NCBI GenBank assembly: GCA_009692765.1
Contig: SHYQ01000003.1
Coordinates: 1 to 50,335 of the forward strand
From: Dehalococcoidia bacterium
GTDB taxonomy: Bacteria; Chloroflexota; Dehalococcoidia; UBA2979
Direction of reading: 5' to 3'
Length of the DNA: 50,335 nucleotides
Shown: in pieces, positions 37,036-49,041 of the stretch
Layout: every line of letters starts with the position of its first letter
How positions within the stretch are numbered: position 1 is the stretch's first letter
The notes under the pieces: model-generated
The model's input: the letters and a program-made list of their open reading frames with translations, nothing else
Told to the model about the DNA's origin: nothing
Databases searched by the model: none
Program-made: the position numbers and the translations under genes

Positions 37036-38244
37036 ATGCCGACCGAGGTTCGTCCCGTCTGGCAGGTGGTGCGGTACCTGCGTGAGTTGCTGGCGCACGA
37101 CCCCGTGCTGGCGGACCTGTGGGTGGGTGGTGAGGTCACAAACCTCACCACCGCTGCCTCCGGCCACATGTACTTCACGCTGAAGGACGCCGGCGGCCAG
37201 TTGCGCTGCGTCTTCTTCCGCAGCGCCAACATAGGTCAGCGGGGCCTGGTCGCGAACGGCGCGTCGCTGATCGCTCACGGCGCGATCACGATCTACGAGA
37301 TGCGCGGGGACGTGCAGCTGCTGGTCGACTTCGTGCAGCCCGCCGGTGTCGGCGCGCAGCAGGCGGAGTTCGAGCGCCGGAAGGCGCGCTTCGAGGCCGA
37401 GGGGCTGTTCGACCCGGCACGCAAGCGCGCGCTGCCGCGCTTCCCGCGACGCATCGGCGTGGTCACCAGCGCGCAAGGTGCGGCGATCCACGACATCCAG
37501 ACGGTGCTGGCGCGCCGCTGGCCGCTGGCCACGATCGTGTTTCGGCCCGCGACGGTGCAGGGCGACGAGGCGGCGAACTCCGTCGCCGAGGCGGTGCGCG
37601 ACATCGCGCCGCTGTACGCAGCCTCCGAGCGCTGGCCAGACGTGTTGATCGTCGGACGCGGCGGCGGGGCGAACGACGACCTCTCCGCCTTCAACGAAGA
37701 ACCCGTCGTGCGCGCGATCTTCGGTTGTCCGATCCCCGTCGTCTCTGCCGTGGGGCACGAAACCGACGTCACCCTCGCCGATTTCGTGGCGGACGTGCGG
37801 GCGGCAACGCCGTCCGCCGCCGCCGAGCTGGTCGCGCCGGATCGCCTCGACATCGTGCGGCAGGTCGATGCGCTGCGTGCGCGGCAGGAGGTGCGCGTCA
37901 CGCGCGCTGTGGCCGCCGCGCGCGAGGCGACCGACGGCACGACGCAGCGCATGGCGCGTCGCCTGCCGGACGTCGCGCCACTGCACCGCGGCGTCGCGCT
38001 CCATGCGGAGGCGCTGCGCCACCACGTGTTGCGCACCACCGCAGAGGCGCGCGAACGCATCGCGGGCACCGTGAGTCGCCTCCACGCGCTGTCGCCGAGC
38101 GCCACGCTGGAGCGTGGCTACGCCCTTGTTTCCAATGCGGACGGCGCGCCCATCTCGCGCGCGAGCGACGTGACGCCCGGCGACGCGATCGAGGTGCGGT
38201 GGAGCGACGGCAGCCACGGCGCGCGTGTAGAGTCGCGATCATGA
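37036..38244 (+). CDS. xseA: Exodeoxyribonuclease VII large subunit
   Basis: SGHMYFTLKD, RIGVVTS..GAAIHD, VQG, GRGGG, SAVGHETD.TLADFVAD.RAATPSAAAE, TLERGY. Confidence 0.95.
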   Translation: MPTEVRPVWQVVRYLRELLAHDPVLADLWVGGEVTNLTTAASGHMYFTLKDAGGQLRCVFFRSANIGQRGLVANGASLIAHGAITIYEMRGDVQLLVDFVQPAGVGAQQAEFERRKARFEAEGLFDPARKRALPRFPRRIGVVTSAQGAAIHDIQTVLARRWPLATIVFRPATVQGDEAANSVAEAVRDIAPLYAASERWPDVLIVGRGGGANDDLSAFNEEPVVRAIFGCPIPVVSAVGHETDVTLADFVADVRAATPSAAAELVAPDRLDIVRQVDALRARQEVRVTRAVAAAREATDGTTQRMARRLPDVAPLHRGVALHAEALRHHVLRTTAEARERIAGTVSRLHALSPSATLERGYALVSNADGAPISRASDVTPGDAIEVRWSDGSHGARVESRS

Positions 38245-38540
38245 CGCCCGAACGACGCACCGCGAAGCAGGATCCCGCCGTGACCGAGGCACAGGCACAG
38301 GCCAGCCTCGACCTCCCGGACGAGGGCTTCGAGGCGCTCTTCGCGCGGCTCGAGGCCGTCTCGCAGCAGCTCGAGGTCGGCGGGCTGTCGCTCGATCAGT
38401 CGCTCGCGCTGTACGAGGAGGGGATGCGGCTCGCGCAGCGGTGCCAGGCGCTCCTCGGCGCGGTCGAGCAGCGCATCGAGACCCTCCGCACCGAGGCACA
38501 GCGCCCCAATATTCCGCGTGATGGCGCGAGCGGCGAGTGA
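38241..38540 (+). CDS. xseB: Exodeoxyribonuclease VII small subunit
   Basis: FEALFARLEAV..QLE.G.LSLDQSLALYEEGMRL...C; C-terminal part of track ORF 37725..38540. Confidence 0.9.
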   Translation: MTPERRTAKQDPAVTEAQAQASLDLPDEGFEALFARLEAVSQQLEVGGLSLDQSLALYEEGMRLAQRCQALLGAVEQRIETLRTEAQRPNIPRDGASGE

Positions 38541-39364
38541 CGATCGCCGTCGGCTGGTACACCACGGCGCGGGGCGCGGGGTCGCGCGGCATGTTCCTCG
38601 CCGTGCGGAACGCGATGGAGGCCGGCACCCTCGACGCACGCTTTGCGCACGTCTTCTGCAACCGCGAGCCGGACGAGGACATCGCCACCGATTCCTTCTT
38701 CGACCTCGCACGCGACACGGGCGCGCCGCTGGTCACGCTCTCCTCGGTGCGCTTTCGACGCGAGCACGAGGGCGCTCGATCGCGCCCGAACGAGCCGCTG
38801 CCGGAATGGCGCGAAGCCTACGACGCCGAGGTGGCGCGCCTCGTCGATCCGCACGGCGCGCAGGTCGGCGTGCTGGCGGGCTACATGCTGATCTTCACGC
38901 CCCCCTTCGTCTTGCAGCACCCGATCCTCAACCTGCATCCCGCGCTCCCCGGCGGCCCCACCGGGACCTGGCGCGAGGTGATCCGGTGCCTCATCCGCAC
39001 GGGCGCGAACGAGAACGGCGCGATGATCCACCTCGCGATCCCGGAGGTCGACGCCGGGCCCGTGGCCGCGTTCTGCCGTTACGCCATCCGCGGCGGCGAA
39101 TATGACGCGCTCTGGGATGCCCTCGGAGATATCCACAACCACTCGATGATCGACGACGCCACGATCGATGACAGCGCGCTGTTCGCGCGCGTGCGTGAGG
39201 CACAGATGGCGTATGAAGCGCCGCTGCTCGTCTCGGCGCTGCAGGCGTTCGCGGATGGACGCATGCGCGCCCGGCCGGGGCACATCCTCGATGCGCGCGG
39301 GCACGACGCCGCGCCACTCGATCTGACCGCAGACGTCGAGGCGCGACGCGCACGCCGGGAGTGA
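38537..39364 (+). CDS. purN: Phosphoribosylglycinamide formyltransferase (Dehalococcoidia-type long form)
   Basis: LAGYML, LNLHPALP, GAMIHL, VDAGPV. Confidence 0.82.
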   Translation: MTIAVGWYTTARGAGSRGMFLAVRNAMEAGTLDARFAHVFCNREPDEDIATDSFFDLARDTGAPLVTLSSVRFRREHEGARSRPNEPLPEWREAYDAEVARLVDPHGAQVGVLAGYMLIFTPPFVLQHPILNLHPALPGGPTGTWREVIRCLIRTGANENGAMIHLAIPEVDAGPVAAFCRYAIRGGEYDALWDALGDIHNHSMIDDATIDDSALFARVREAQMAYEAPLLVSALQAFADGRMRARPGHILDARGHDAAPLDLTADVEARRARRE

Positions 39365-39468
39365 GCGCGGAGCACTGGCGGCCGGTGGCGCGGCGCTGCC
39401 GGTCGCTGTACGCTGGCGCGGGCCGTACACCCCCAGTAGGCGCAGCGAGTACGCGCCGGAGTGAATCG

Positions 39469-39744
39469 ATGACCGTCCTGCATCCCGTCCCCATTCGCTC
39501 GCTGCTCCCCGCGACACGCGGGGAGCGGATCCGCGACGCGGTGGTGCGGCGCGCGCTGCCGATCATCGCCGGGTCCGCCGCCGCGCTCGTGGCCACGCTC
39601 GCCGCGGAACGCGCGGTGCGCGAGATCGCGATGAGCGCGGCCGGGCACCTGGGCGGGCCGGCCAATCATCGAGGATCAGAGGCCCTGATCCGCACCGTGG
39701 TGACCGAGGTCACCGTCGTTGAGCGGATCCGCCGCCGCGCCTAG
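39469..39744 (+). CDS. Small hypothetical protein with one hydrophobic segment
   Basis: GGAG upstream of ATG 39469; fills the purN-rluB gap. Confidence 0.55.
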   Translation: MTVLHPVPIRSLLPATRGERIRDAVVRRALPIIAGSAAALVATLAAERAVREIAMSAAGHLGGPANHRGSEALIRTVVTEVTVVERIRRRA

Positions 39745-39757
39745 TGCGAGCAAGCCC

Positions 39758-40498
39758 GTGCCAGCAGAACGCCTCCAGAAACTCCTCGCGCGTGCCGGCC
39801 ACGGCAGCCGCCGCAGCGCCGAAGTCGTCATCGCGGCCGGGCGCGTCACCGTCGATGGGACGATCGCGATCCTCGGGACACGCGCCGACCCGGACACGCA
39901 GCGCATCGAGGTGGACGGCGAGCCGATCCGCCTGCAACCCGGCGAGGTGACGATCGCGCTGAACAAGCCGACCGGCATCGTGGTCACCGCCGTCGATGAT
40001 CGCGGTCGCCAGACGGTCTTCGACATCCTGACCGACCCACCGCCCCACCTCCGCTACGTCGGCCGCCTCGACCGCGACACCTCGGGCCTGCTCCTGCTGA
40101 CCACGGACGGCGAACTGGCGCACCGCCTGAGCCACCCGCGCTACGAGGTGATGAAGACGTACGAGGCAATGGTGGACGGCATCGTCGCCGAAGGGGCGCT
40201 GGAACAGCTGCGCCGGGGCGTGATGCTGGAGGACGGCATGACGGCCCCCGCGATCGTCGAGCAACTCCCCGGTACGCCGCCGCCGGCGCACTTCCGCGTG
40301 GTGATCCACGAGGGCCGCAATCGCCAGGTGCGCCGCATGTTCGAGGCGGTGGGCCACCACGTCTCACGGTTGCGCCGCACGGAGTTCGGCCCGGTGCGCC
40401 TGGACGGCCTCGCCCCCGGCGCCTCGCGGCAGTTGACGCCCGAGGAACTCGCCGCGCTGCGGGCGCTGGTCGGACGCGGCGACCCGCACGAGGTCTAG
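39758..40498 (+). CDS. rluB: 23S rRNA pseudouridine synthase RluB family
   Basis: ERLQKLLA..G.GSRR S4 domain, LNKP, VGRLDRDTSGLLLLT, EGRNRQVRRM. Confidence 0.92.
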   Translation: MPAERLQKLLARAGHGSRRSAEVVIAAGRVTVDGTIAILGTRADPDTQRIEVDGEPIRLQPGEVTIALNKPTGIVVTAVDDRGRQTVFDILTDPPPHLRYVGRLDRDTSGLLLLTTDGELAHRLSHPRYEVMKTYEAMVDGIVAEGALEQLRRGVMLEDGMTAPAIVEQLPGTPPPAHFRVVIHEGRNRQVRRMFEAVGHHVSRLRRTEFGPVRLDGLAPGASRQLTPEELAALRALVGRGDPHEV

Positions 40499-40554
40499 CG
40501 CCAGCGATCCCTGCTGCCTATGATCCGGCGAACCTCATCCGGCGATGTCCGGCG

Positions 40555-41283
40555 GTGTGGGGCGATGTGGGGCGGAGGAGCACCATCACAGACGACGCCC
40601 TCCAGCGCTGCATCGCGATCGACGGCCCCACGGCCTCCGGCAAGAGCGTGGTCGGGCGCGCGCTGGCCGATCTCCTGCACCTCGGATTCTTCGACACCGG
40701 GCTGATGTATCGCGCCTGCACGCTGGCCGTGATCGAGGCCGGCATCGACCCCGTGGACGAACCGGCGGTGTTCCATCTGCTTCACCACCTGGACCTCGAC
40801 GTCCGCTGGCCGGAGCCGAACGACCCGCGCATCCTGCTCGCCGGTGTGGACGTGACGCCGCGACTGCGCGGCGCGGCGATCGAGCAGACCGTCTCGCTGA
40901 TCTCGCGGATCGAGGATGTGCGCAGCGAACTCGTGCGCCGGCAGCGCGCGATCGCGACCCGGGAGCCGGTGGTGATGGCGGGGCGCGACATCGGCACGCG
41001 CGTGCTGGTGGAGGCGCGCGCGAAGATCTTCCTCGACGCGTCCACCGATACCCGCGCGCGCCGGCGCCTGGGCGAGGAGCGCGTCGAGGGACGAGACTCG
41101 ACGTTCGACGCGGTGCTGGCCGCCACCCGGCGGCGGGACGAACTCGACAACACCGGCCATCGCGCGATCCACCGCGAGCAAGCCGCTGAAGGGGCGCTAA
41201 TCATCGACACCGACGCGATGGGCATCGACGAGGTGGTGGCCCGGTGCGTGGAGTTGTACCGCCGGGCGAACCCCGCGAAGTAG
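40555..41283 (+). CDS. cmk: Cytidylate kinase (start uncertain)
   Basis: IAIDGPTASGKS, DTGLMYR, GRDIGT, KIFLDAS...RARRR. Confidence 0.92.
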   Translation: MWGDVGRRSTITDDALQRCIAIDGPTASGKSVVGRALADLLHLGFFDTGLMYRACTLAVIEAGIDPVDEPAVFHLLHHLDLDVRWPEPNDPRILLAGVDVTPRLRGAAIEQTVSLISRIEDVRSELVRRQRAIATREPVVMAGRDIGTRVLVEARAKIFLDASTDTRARRRLGEERVEGRDSTFDAVLAATRRRDELDNTGHRAIHREQAAEGALIIDTDAMGIDEVVARCVELYRRANPAK

Positions 41284-41291
41284 GCCGATCC

Positions 41292-42053
41292 ATGCGTGCG
41301 CGCCTGGCCCTATTGATCTACGCCGCCTGCGTCGCGCTGACGCGCCTCATCGTGCACGTATTCACGCGCCTGGAGGTGGTCGGGCGCGAGCGCGTGCCGG
41401 CGGAGGGGGCGCTGATCTTCGTCGCCAACCACGTCCACCTGCTGGATCCGCCGCTGGTCGCCGCCTGCGTGGATCGCCGCGTCCATCCGATGGCCAAGCG
41501 CGAGTTGTTCGAGATCCCGCTGATCGGCTGGTTCTTCCACGCCTACGGCGCATTCCCCGTGCGGCGCTTCTCCGCGGACATGGGCGCGCTGCGCGTGGCC
41601 CGGAACATCCTGCGCAACGGCGAGGCCGTGCTGATGTTCCCGGAGGGCACGCGCGGCATCCGCCAGGGTGCGGCTACCGAGTTGCGCCCCGCGCGACCCG
41701 GCTCGGCGGTGGTGGCGCAGATGTCCCACGCCCCCGTAGTGCCGGTGGCGATCACGGGCAGCAACGTCGCGCTTCCCGGCGTGTTCATCGCGTGGATCTT
41801 CGGACGCCGCCCGCACGTGCGCGTCGAGTTCGGTGAGCCGCTGGTGATCGCGGAACCATCGAGCGGCGGCGACTCCCCGGAGGTGGCGACCGACCGCATG
41901 ATGCGCCGCATCGCGGCGATGTTGCCGGAGAGTCACCGCGGCGCCTACGGAGCAGCCAGCGAGGGCACCGTCGTGGTGCTGCGCGAGACACGCGAGCGGT
42001 CGGCGCGCCCGTCGCCAGCCGAGCGGGACGACGAGGCCACGCCCCCGGGATAG
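41292..42053 (+). CDS. plsC: 1-acyl-sn-glycerol-3-phosphate acyltransferase
   Basis: NHVHLLD (HX4D), MAKREL, FPEGTR. Confidence 0.9.
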   Translation: MRARLALLIYAACVALTRLIVHVFTRLEVVGRERVPAEGALIFVANHVHLLDPPLVAACVDRRVHPMAKRELFEIPLIGWFFHAYGAFPVRRFSADMGALRVARNILRNGEAVLMFPEGTRGIRQGAATELRPARPGSAVVAQMSHAPVVPVAITGSNVALPGVFIAWIFGRRPHVRVEFGEPLVIAEPSSGGDSPEVATDRMMRRIAAMLPESHRGAYGAASEGTVVVLRETRERSARPSPAERDDEATPPG

Positions 42054-42141
42054 TGAGCGCCACGTCTGCCGCGCCTCGCGTCCCCCGCGCTGGCCTGCGT
42101 TACGGTTACACTGGTCACGGCGGGCGCATCAGGAGCACTTC

Positions 42142-43980
42142 ATGTGTGGCATCGTCGGCTACACCGGGCACCGCCCCGCCGGACCGATCGTCCTCGACGG
42201 CCTCCGCCGCCTCGAATACCGGGGGTATGACTCCGCAGGGCTCGCGCTCTTCGACGATCAGCACCAGCTCTTCGTCGCGCGCGCGACCGGCAAGCTGGAC
42301 GCGCTGCTCCAGCAGGTGGAGGGCACGCTGCCCCCGGCGGTGGCGGGCATCGGCCACACGCGCTGGGCCACGCACGGCGAGCCGAGCGACCGCAACGCCC
42401 ACCCGCACCTGGACCCGGATGGCAACGTTGCGGTGGTGCACAACGGCATCGTCGAGAACTTCGAGGACCTGCGCCGCCGCTACGCGCGCGGCCCGTTCCT
42501 CTCCGACACCGACACCGAGGTGCTCGCCCACATGCTCGCGACCCGCGTCGAGGACGGCCTCGACCTGCTGGTCGCGCTGCGCAGCGTCGTGGCGGAAGCG
42601 CAGGGCGCGTTTTCGATCGTCGCGATCTCGCGGCACGAGCCGGGGCGCATCGTGGCGGCGCGCGCCGGCAACGCCGGCGGCATCGTGATCGGCGTCGGCG
42701 AGGGCGAGCACCTGGTCGCCTCCGACCTGAGCGCGCTGCTGCCGCACACGCGGCGCGTCACCTTCATGGAGCCGGGCGAGTTCGCGGACGTGCGCGCGGA
42801 CAGCGTGGCCTACGTGGACGCCACGGGCACACCGATCAGCAAGCGCGTGGAGGTACTGCCCTACGACCCGGTGGCCGCGGTCAGAGGCCACTACAAGCAC
42901 TTCATGCTCAAGGAGATCTTCGAGCAGCCGGATGCGGCGCTCGATGCGATTCGCGGGCGCTACCAGACGCGGCCCGCCCGCGTGGTGTTCGAGGGGCTGC
43001 CGCTGGACGAGGCGCGCGCCCGGTCGCTGACGCGCGTCGTGCTCGTCGGCATGGGCACCTCGATGCACGCCGCGATGGTCGGGCGGCACTACTTCGAACG
43101 CTTCGCGCGCCTGCCCGCCGAGGTCGATAACTCCGCCGAGTTCCGCTACCGCCAGCCGGTGCTGGACGCGAACACGCTGGTGGTCTCGGTCGCGCAGTCG
43201 GGCGAGACGGTGGACACGCTGGCCGCGATGGACGAGGCGCGGCGCGCCGGCTGCCTGCAGATCACGCTCTGCAACACCCCCGGCGCGCAGACCACGCGGG
43301 TCGCCGACGGCACGATCCTGCTGCGCGCCGGCCCGGAGATCGCCGTCGCCAGCACGAAGACGATGGTCGCCTCCATGCTGCTGCTCCACGGCCTCGCGCT
43401 GCACCTCGGGCGGCTGCGCGGCACGCTGGACGCGGCGGTGGAGGCGCAGCAGATCGAGGCGGCGCTGCACCTCCCGTCGGCGATCGGGCAGGCGCTCGAC
43501 GGCGCGCCGCGGATCGAGGAGATCGCCAGCCGCTATGCGAACTACGAGGACTTCCTGTTCCTCGGACGGGGACTCGGCTATCCGATAGCGCTGGAGGGCG
43601 CGCTCAAGCTCAAAGAGGTCTCGTACATCCACGCAGAGGGCTACGCGGCCGGTGAGATGAAGCACGGCCCGATCGCGCTCATCGATGAGCACATGCCGAC
43701 GCTGGCGATCGCGCCGCGCGACGAGGTGTTCGACAAGATGCGCTCGAACATCGAGCAGGTGCGCGCGCGTCGCGGCCGCGTGATCGCCGTCGTCTCGCGC
43801 GGCGACCACAGCCTGGAGGGCGTCGCGAACGACATCATCGAACTGCCCGACGTCGACCCGATGCTCGCGCCGATCGTGACCGTCGTGCCGCTGCAACTGC
43901 TGGCGTACTACATCGCCACGCGCCGCGGCGCGGACGTCGATCAGCCGCGCAACCTCGCGAAGACGGTGACGGTGGAGTAG
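42142..43980 (+). CDS. glmS: Glutamine--fructose-6-phosphate aminotransferase
   Basis: MCGIVG, EYRGYDSAG, GHTRWATHG, SQSGETVDT-like, ASTKT, EMKHGP, DVDQPRNLAKTVTVE. Confidence 0.96.
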   Translation: MCGIVGYTGHRPAGPIVLDGLRRLEYRGYDSAGLALFDDQHQLFVARATGKLDALLQQVEGTLPPAVAGIGHTRWATHGEPSDRNAHPHLDPDGNVAVVHNGIVENFEDLRRRYARGPFLSDTDTEVLAHMLATRVEDGLDLLVALRSVVAEAQGAFSIVAISRHEPGRIVAARAGNAGGIVIGVGEGEHLVASDLSALLPHTRRVTFMEPGEFADVRADSVAYVDATGTPISKRVEVLPYDPVAAVRGHYKHFMLKEIFEQPDAALDAIRGRYQTRPARVVFEGLPLDEARARSLTRVVLVGMGTSMHAAMVGRHYFERFARLPAEVDNSAEFRYRQPVLDANTLVVSVAQSGETVDTLAAMDEARRAGCLQITLCNTPGAQTTRVADGTILLRAGPEIAVASTKTMVASMLLLHGLALHLGRLRGTLDAAVEAQQIEAALHLPSAIGQALDGAPRIEEIASRYANYEDFLFLGRGLGYPIALEGALKLKEVSYIHAEGYAAGEMKHGPIALIDEHMPTLAIAPRDEVFDKMRSNIEQVRARRGRVIAVVSRGDHSLEGVANDIIELPDVDPMLAPIVTVVPLQLLAYYIATRRGADVDQPRNLAKTVTVE

Positions 43981-43988
43981 GCGGGCGG

Positions 43989-44129
43989 TCAGTGATCGCC
44001 CTCGACCGGGACCGTGTGGTCGACATCGCCCGAGGCGATGCCGAACGGCATGCCGTCGGGGAACGCGTCCGTGCACGCGCCGTCGAAGAGGTTCCGGGCG
44101 CAGAAGAAGCAGCCGCGCCATTCAGTCAT
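43989..44129 (-). CDS. 46-aa Cys-rich protein (CxxC...CxDAFPxGxP...DHxxP motif)
   Basis: MTEWRGCFFCARNLFDGACTDAFPDGMPFGIASGDVDHTVPVEGDH; GGAGG 5 nt upstream of ATG 44129. Confidence 0.65.
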   Translation of the reverse strand: MTEWRGCFFCARNLFDGACTDAFPDGMPFGIASGDVDHTVPVEGDH

Positions 44130-44206
44130 TTGGCCTCCGGTCGGCTGAGAGCTGGGTGACGGCGAAGCGCCGAGCGCTACTCCGCGTGCGGGGAGCGGGC
44201 CGGTGC

Positions 44207-46990
<2,784 letters not shown>

Positions 46991-47000
46991 GGCGTACCTT

Positions 47001-47051
47001 CCACTCCGGGCATTCCGGCGACCCCATTCCGGGGATCCCATTCCGGCGACC
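47001..47051 (-). repeat. ~14-nt direct repeats in the ppdK leader
   Basis: On the mRNA strand: GGTCGCCGGAATGG / GATCCCCGGAATGG / GGTCGCCGGAATG / CCCGGAGTGG. Confidence 0.8.
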
Positions 47052-47329
47052 AATACCGCAGCCGTCGACGCCCCGCGGCGCTCGCTCGCGTGTCGGCCCG
47101 GCCATGCAGGCCATGGGGAGAATCAACGTACGCTCCCCGCAGGGGTCCCCGCCCGCGGGTGCGCCAACCGCGCAAGTATACGAGCGATTTCGCTTCTGCC
47201 CTAGCCGCCCCGCATCCGGCGCCTCTCGGGGGTGCCCCCCCGGCGAACGACGGTGCACACTGCGAAATGGTTGCCGGACACCCCCCGGCTCAACTTGCCG
47301 CCATCGCCGACAGCCAAGGAGCGGGCGAA

Positions 47330-47899
47330 TTGCCGGGCCCGAGTCAACACCGCAGGCTCGTCGCGCTGCTTCGCGGCATCAACGTCGGTGGAAACAAGAA
47401 ACTACCGATGACGGCGTTGCGCGACCTCGCAACGGGACTCGGCTACCGCCACGTCGAAACCTACATCCAGAGCGGCAACCTGCTGTTTGAGGCGAACCTC
47501 GCGGCCGACGCGGCGGAGGCCGCACTGGAGGAGGCGATCGCGAACCGTTTCGGGTTCTCTGTCGAAGTAATCGTCCGCACTGCCCAACAGTGGGAGCGCT
47601 ATGCCGCCGGCAGTCCGTTCGCCGACGCCGAGGCTGACCGCCCCAACCTGCTGCTCCTTGGGCTGTCGAAGCGGCCGCTGAGGCCCGGCACGGCGCAGAC
47701 CCTCCGTGAGTACGCGAAATCGGGCGAACGGATCGAGGCGCGCGCCGATGCCACTTGGATCGACTTCCGCACCGGAATCGGGTCGTCGAAGCTGAGTCCC
47801 GTCGTGCTGGACCGCGCCGCCGGATCGACTGTGACGGCCCGTAACTGGAAGACGGTCCAGAAACTCGCGGCGATGGTGCGGGTGATCGAACCGGATTGA
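47330..47899 (+). CDS. DUF1697 family protein
   Basis: VALLRGINVGG..KLPM..LR, VETYIQSGNLLF, TARNWKTV.KL; TTG start with AAGGAG 8 nt upstream. Confidence 0.85.
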   Translation: MPGPSQHRRLVALLRGINVGGNKKLPMTALRDLATGLGYRHVETYIQSGNLLFEANLAADAAEAALEEAIANRFGFSVEVIVRTAQQWERYAAGSPFADAEADRPNLLLLGLSKRPLRPGTAQTLREYAKSGERIEARADATWIDFRTGIGSSKLSPVVLDRAAGSTVTARNWKTVQKLAAMVRVIEPD

Positions 47900-47969
47900 G
47901 CATCGCGGCGAGAACGCTGCTTCCCCCCAGCCGGTGGCCCCCCGGCGAGCGAGCGTGCACACTGCGGGC

Positions 47970-49040
47970 ATGGCCGCCCAGCAGCCCCTCGCCCGCTTCC
48001 GCGCCCCCCTGGAGGCGCACGAGGCCACCCTCTCACCGCTCGCCGCGCGCGAGGCGACGTCAGCCGGGCGAGCGCGCGCCGAGGCGCCGGACCCGCTCCG
48101 CCTCGCCTTCCAAGTCGATCGCGACCGCCTCATCCACACGCGGGCATTTCGGCGGCTGAAGCACAAGACCCAGGTCTTCGTGCACCCGGACTCCGACCAC
48201 GTGGTGACGCGCATGACGCACACCATCGAGGTGCAGCAGGTGGCGCGCACCGTCGCGCGGGCGCTGAACCTGAACGAGGATCTCGCCGAGGCGGTGGCGT
48301 GGGGGCACGACCTTGGACACACGCCGTTCGGCCACGCCGGTGAGGAGACGCTGGCGCGCCTCATCCCGGAGGGCTTCCGCCACAACGAGCAGTCGCTCCG
48401 CATTGTCGAACTCCTCGAGAGCGGCGGTCGCGGGCTGAACCTCACGGCGGAGACGCGCGAGGGCATCCTGAAGCACTCGAAGACGCGCGAGTCCGTGGCG
48501 GCGGAGGCGTGGGGCTTCGCCAGCACGCTGGAGGGCCAGATCGTGAAGCTGGCCGACTCCATCGCCTACCTCAACCACGACATCCAGGACGCGATCCGCG
48601 CGGGCCTGCTCTCTGAGGCCGTGCTGCCGAAGCAGGTGCACGAGGTACTGGGCGCGACCCACTCGGAGCGGATCGCCACGCTCGTCACCGATTGCGTGCT
48701 TGCCTCCGCCGCGACCTTCGAGAGCGACGCCCCGACGATCCGGCTCGGCGAGCGCGTGCTGGCCGCGGCCGACGCGCTGCGCGAGTTCATGTTCGAGCGG
48801 GTCTACCTGGATGAGTCGACGCTCCGCGAGGCACGCCGTGGACAGGAGGTGGTGGAGGCGCTGTTCCACTACTACGTCGCACACCCCGACCAGATCGCCG
48901 GGTGGTCGCTCCCCGACGACCCGCCGTGGCGACGCGCCGCCGACTACGTCTCGGGGATGACGGACGGCTACGCGGGGACACGTGCGCGTGCGCTCGGCCT
49001 CGTCGCCGCCCCCGCAACCGCGCGCGGCGTCGGGGGATAG
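47970..49040 (+). CDS. dgt: Deoxyguanosinetriphosphate triphosphohydrolase-like HD protein
   Basis: FQVDRDRLIH..AFRRLKHKTQVF, TRMTHT.EV, GHDLGHTPFGHAGE, ADSIAYLNHD, DYVSGMTD. Confidence 0.92.
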   Translation: MAAQQPLARFRAPLEAHEATLSPLAAREATSAGRARAEAPDPLRLAFQVDRDRLIHTRAFRRLKHKTQVFVHPDSDHVVTRMTHTIEVQQVARTVARALNLNEDLAEAVAWGHDLGHTPFGHAGEETLARLIPEGFRHNEQSLRIVELLESGGRGLNLTAETREGILKHSKTRESVAAEAWGFASTLEGQIVKLADSIAYLNHDIQDAIRAGLLSEAVLPKQVHEVLGATHSERIATLVTDCVLASAATFESDAPTIRLGERVLAAADALREFMFERVYLDESTLREARRGQEVVEALFHYYVAHPDQIAGWSLPDDPPWRRAADYVSGMTDGYAGTRARALGLVAAPATARGVGG

Positions 49041-49041
49041 C

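Noticed and set aside
42056-42141. glmS ribozyme (AGCGCC upstream of glmS)
   Set aside because: The leader is under 90 nt, the GACGAGG-like element lies before rather than after AGCGCC, and no P1-P4 structure is evident.
47970-49040. dGTPase as an antiphage system
   Set aside because: It looks like the ordinary housekeeping Dgt homolog with host-like codon usage and no defence-island context.
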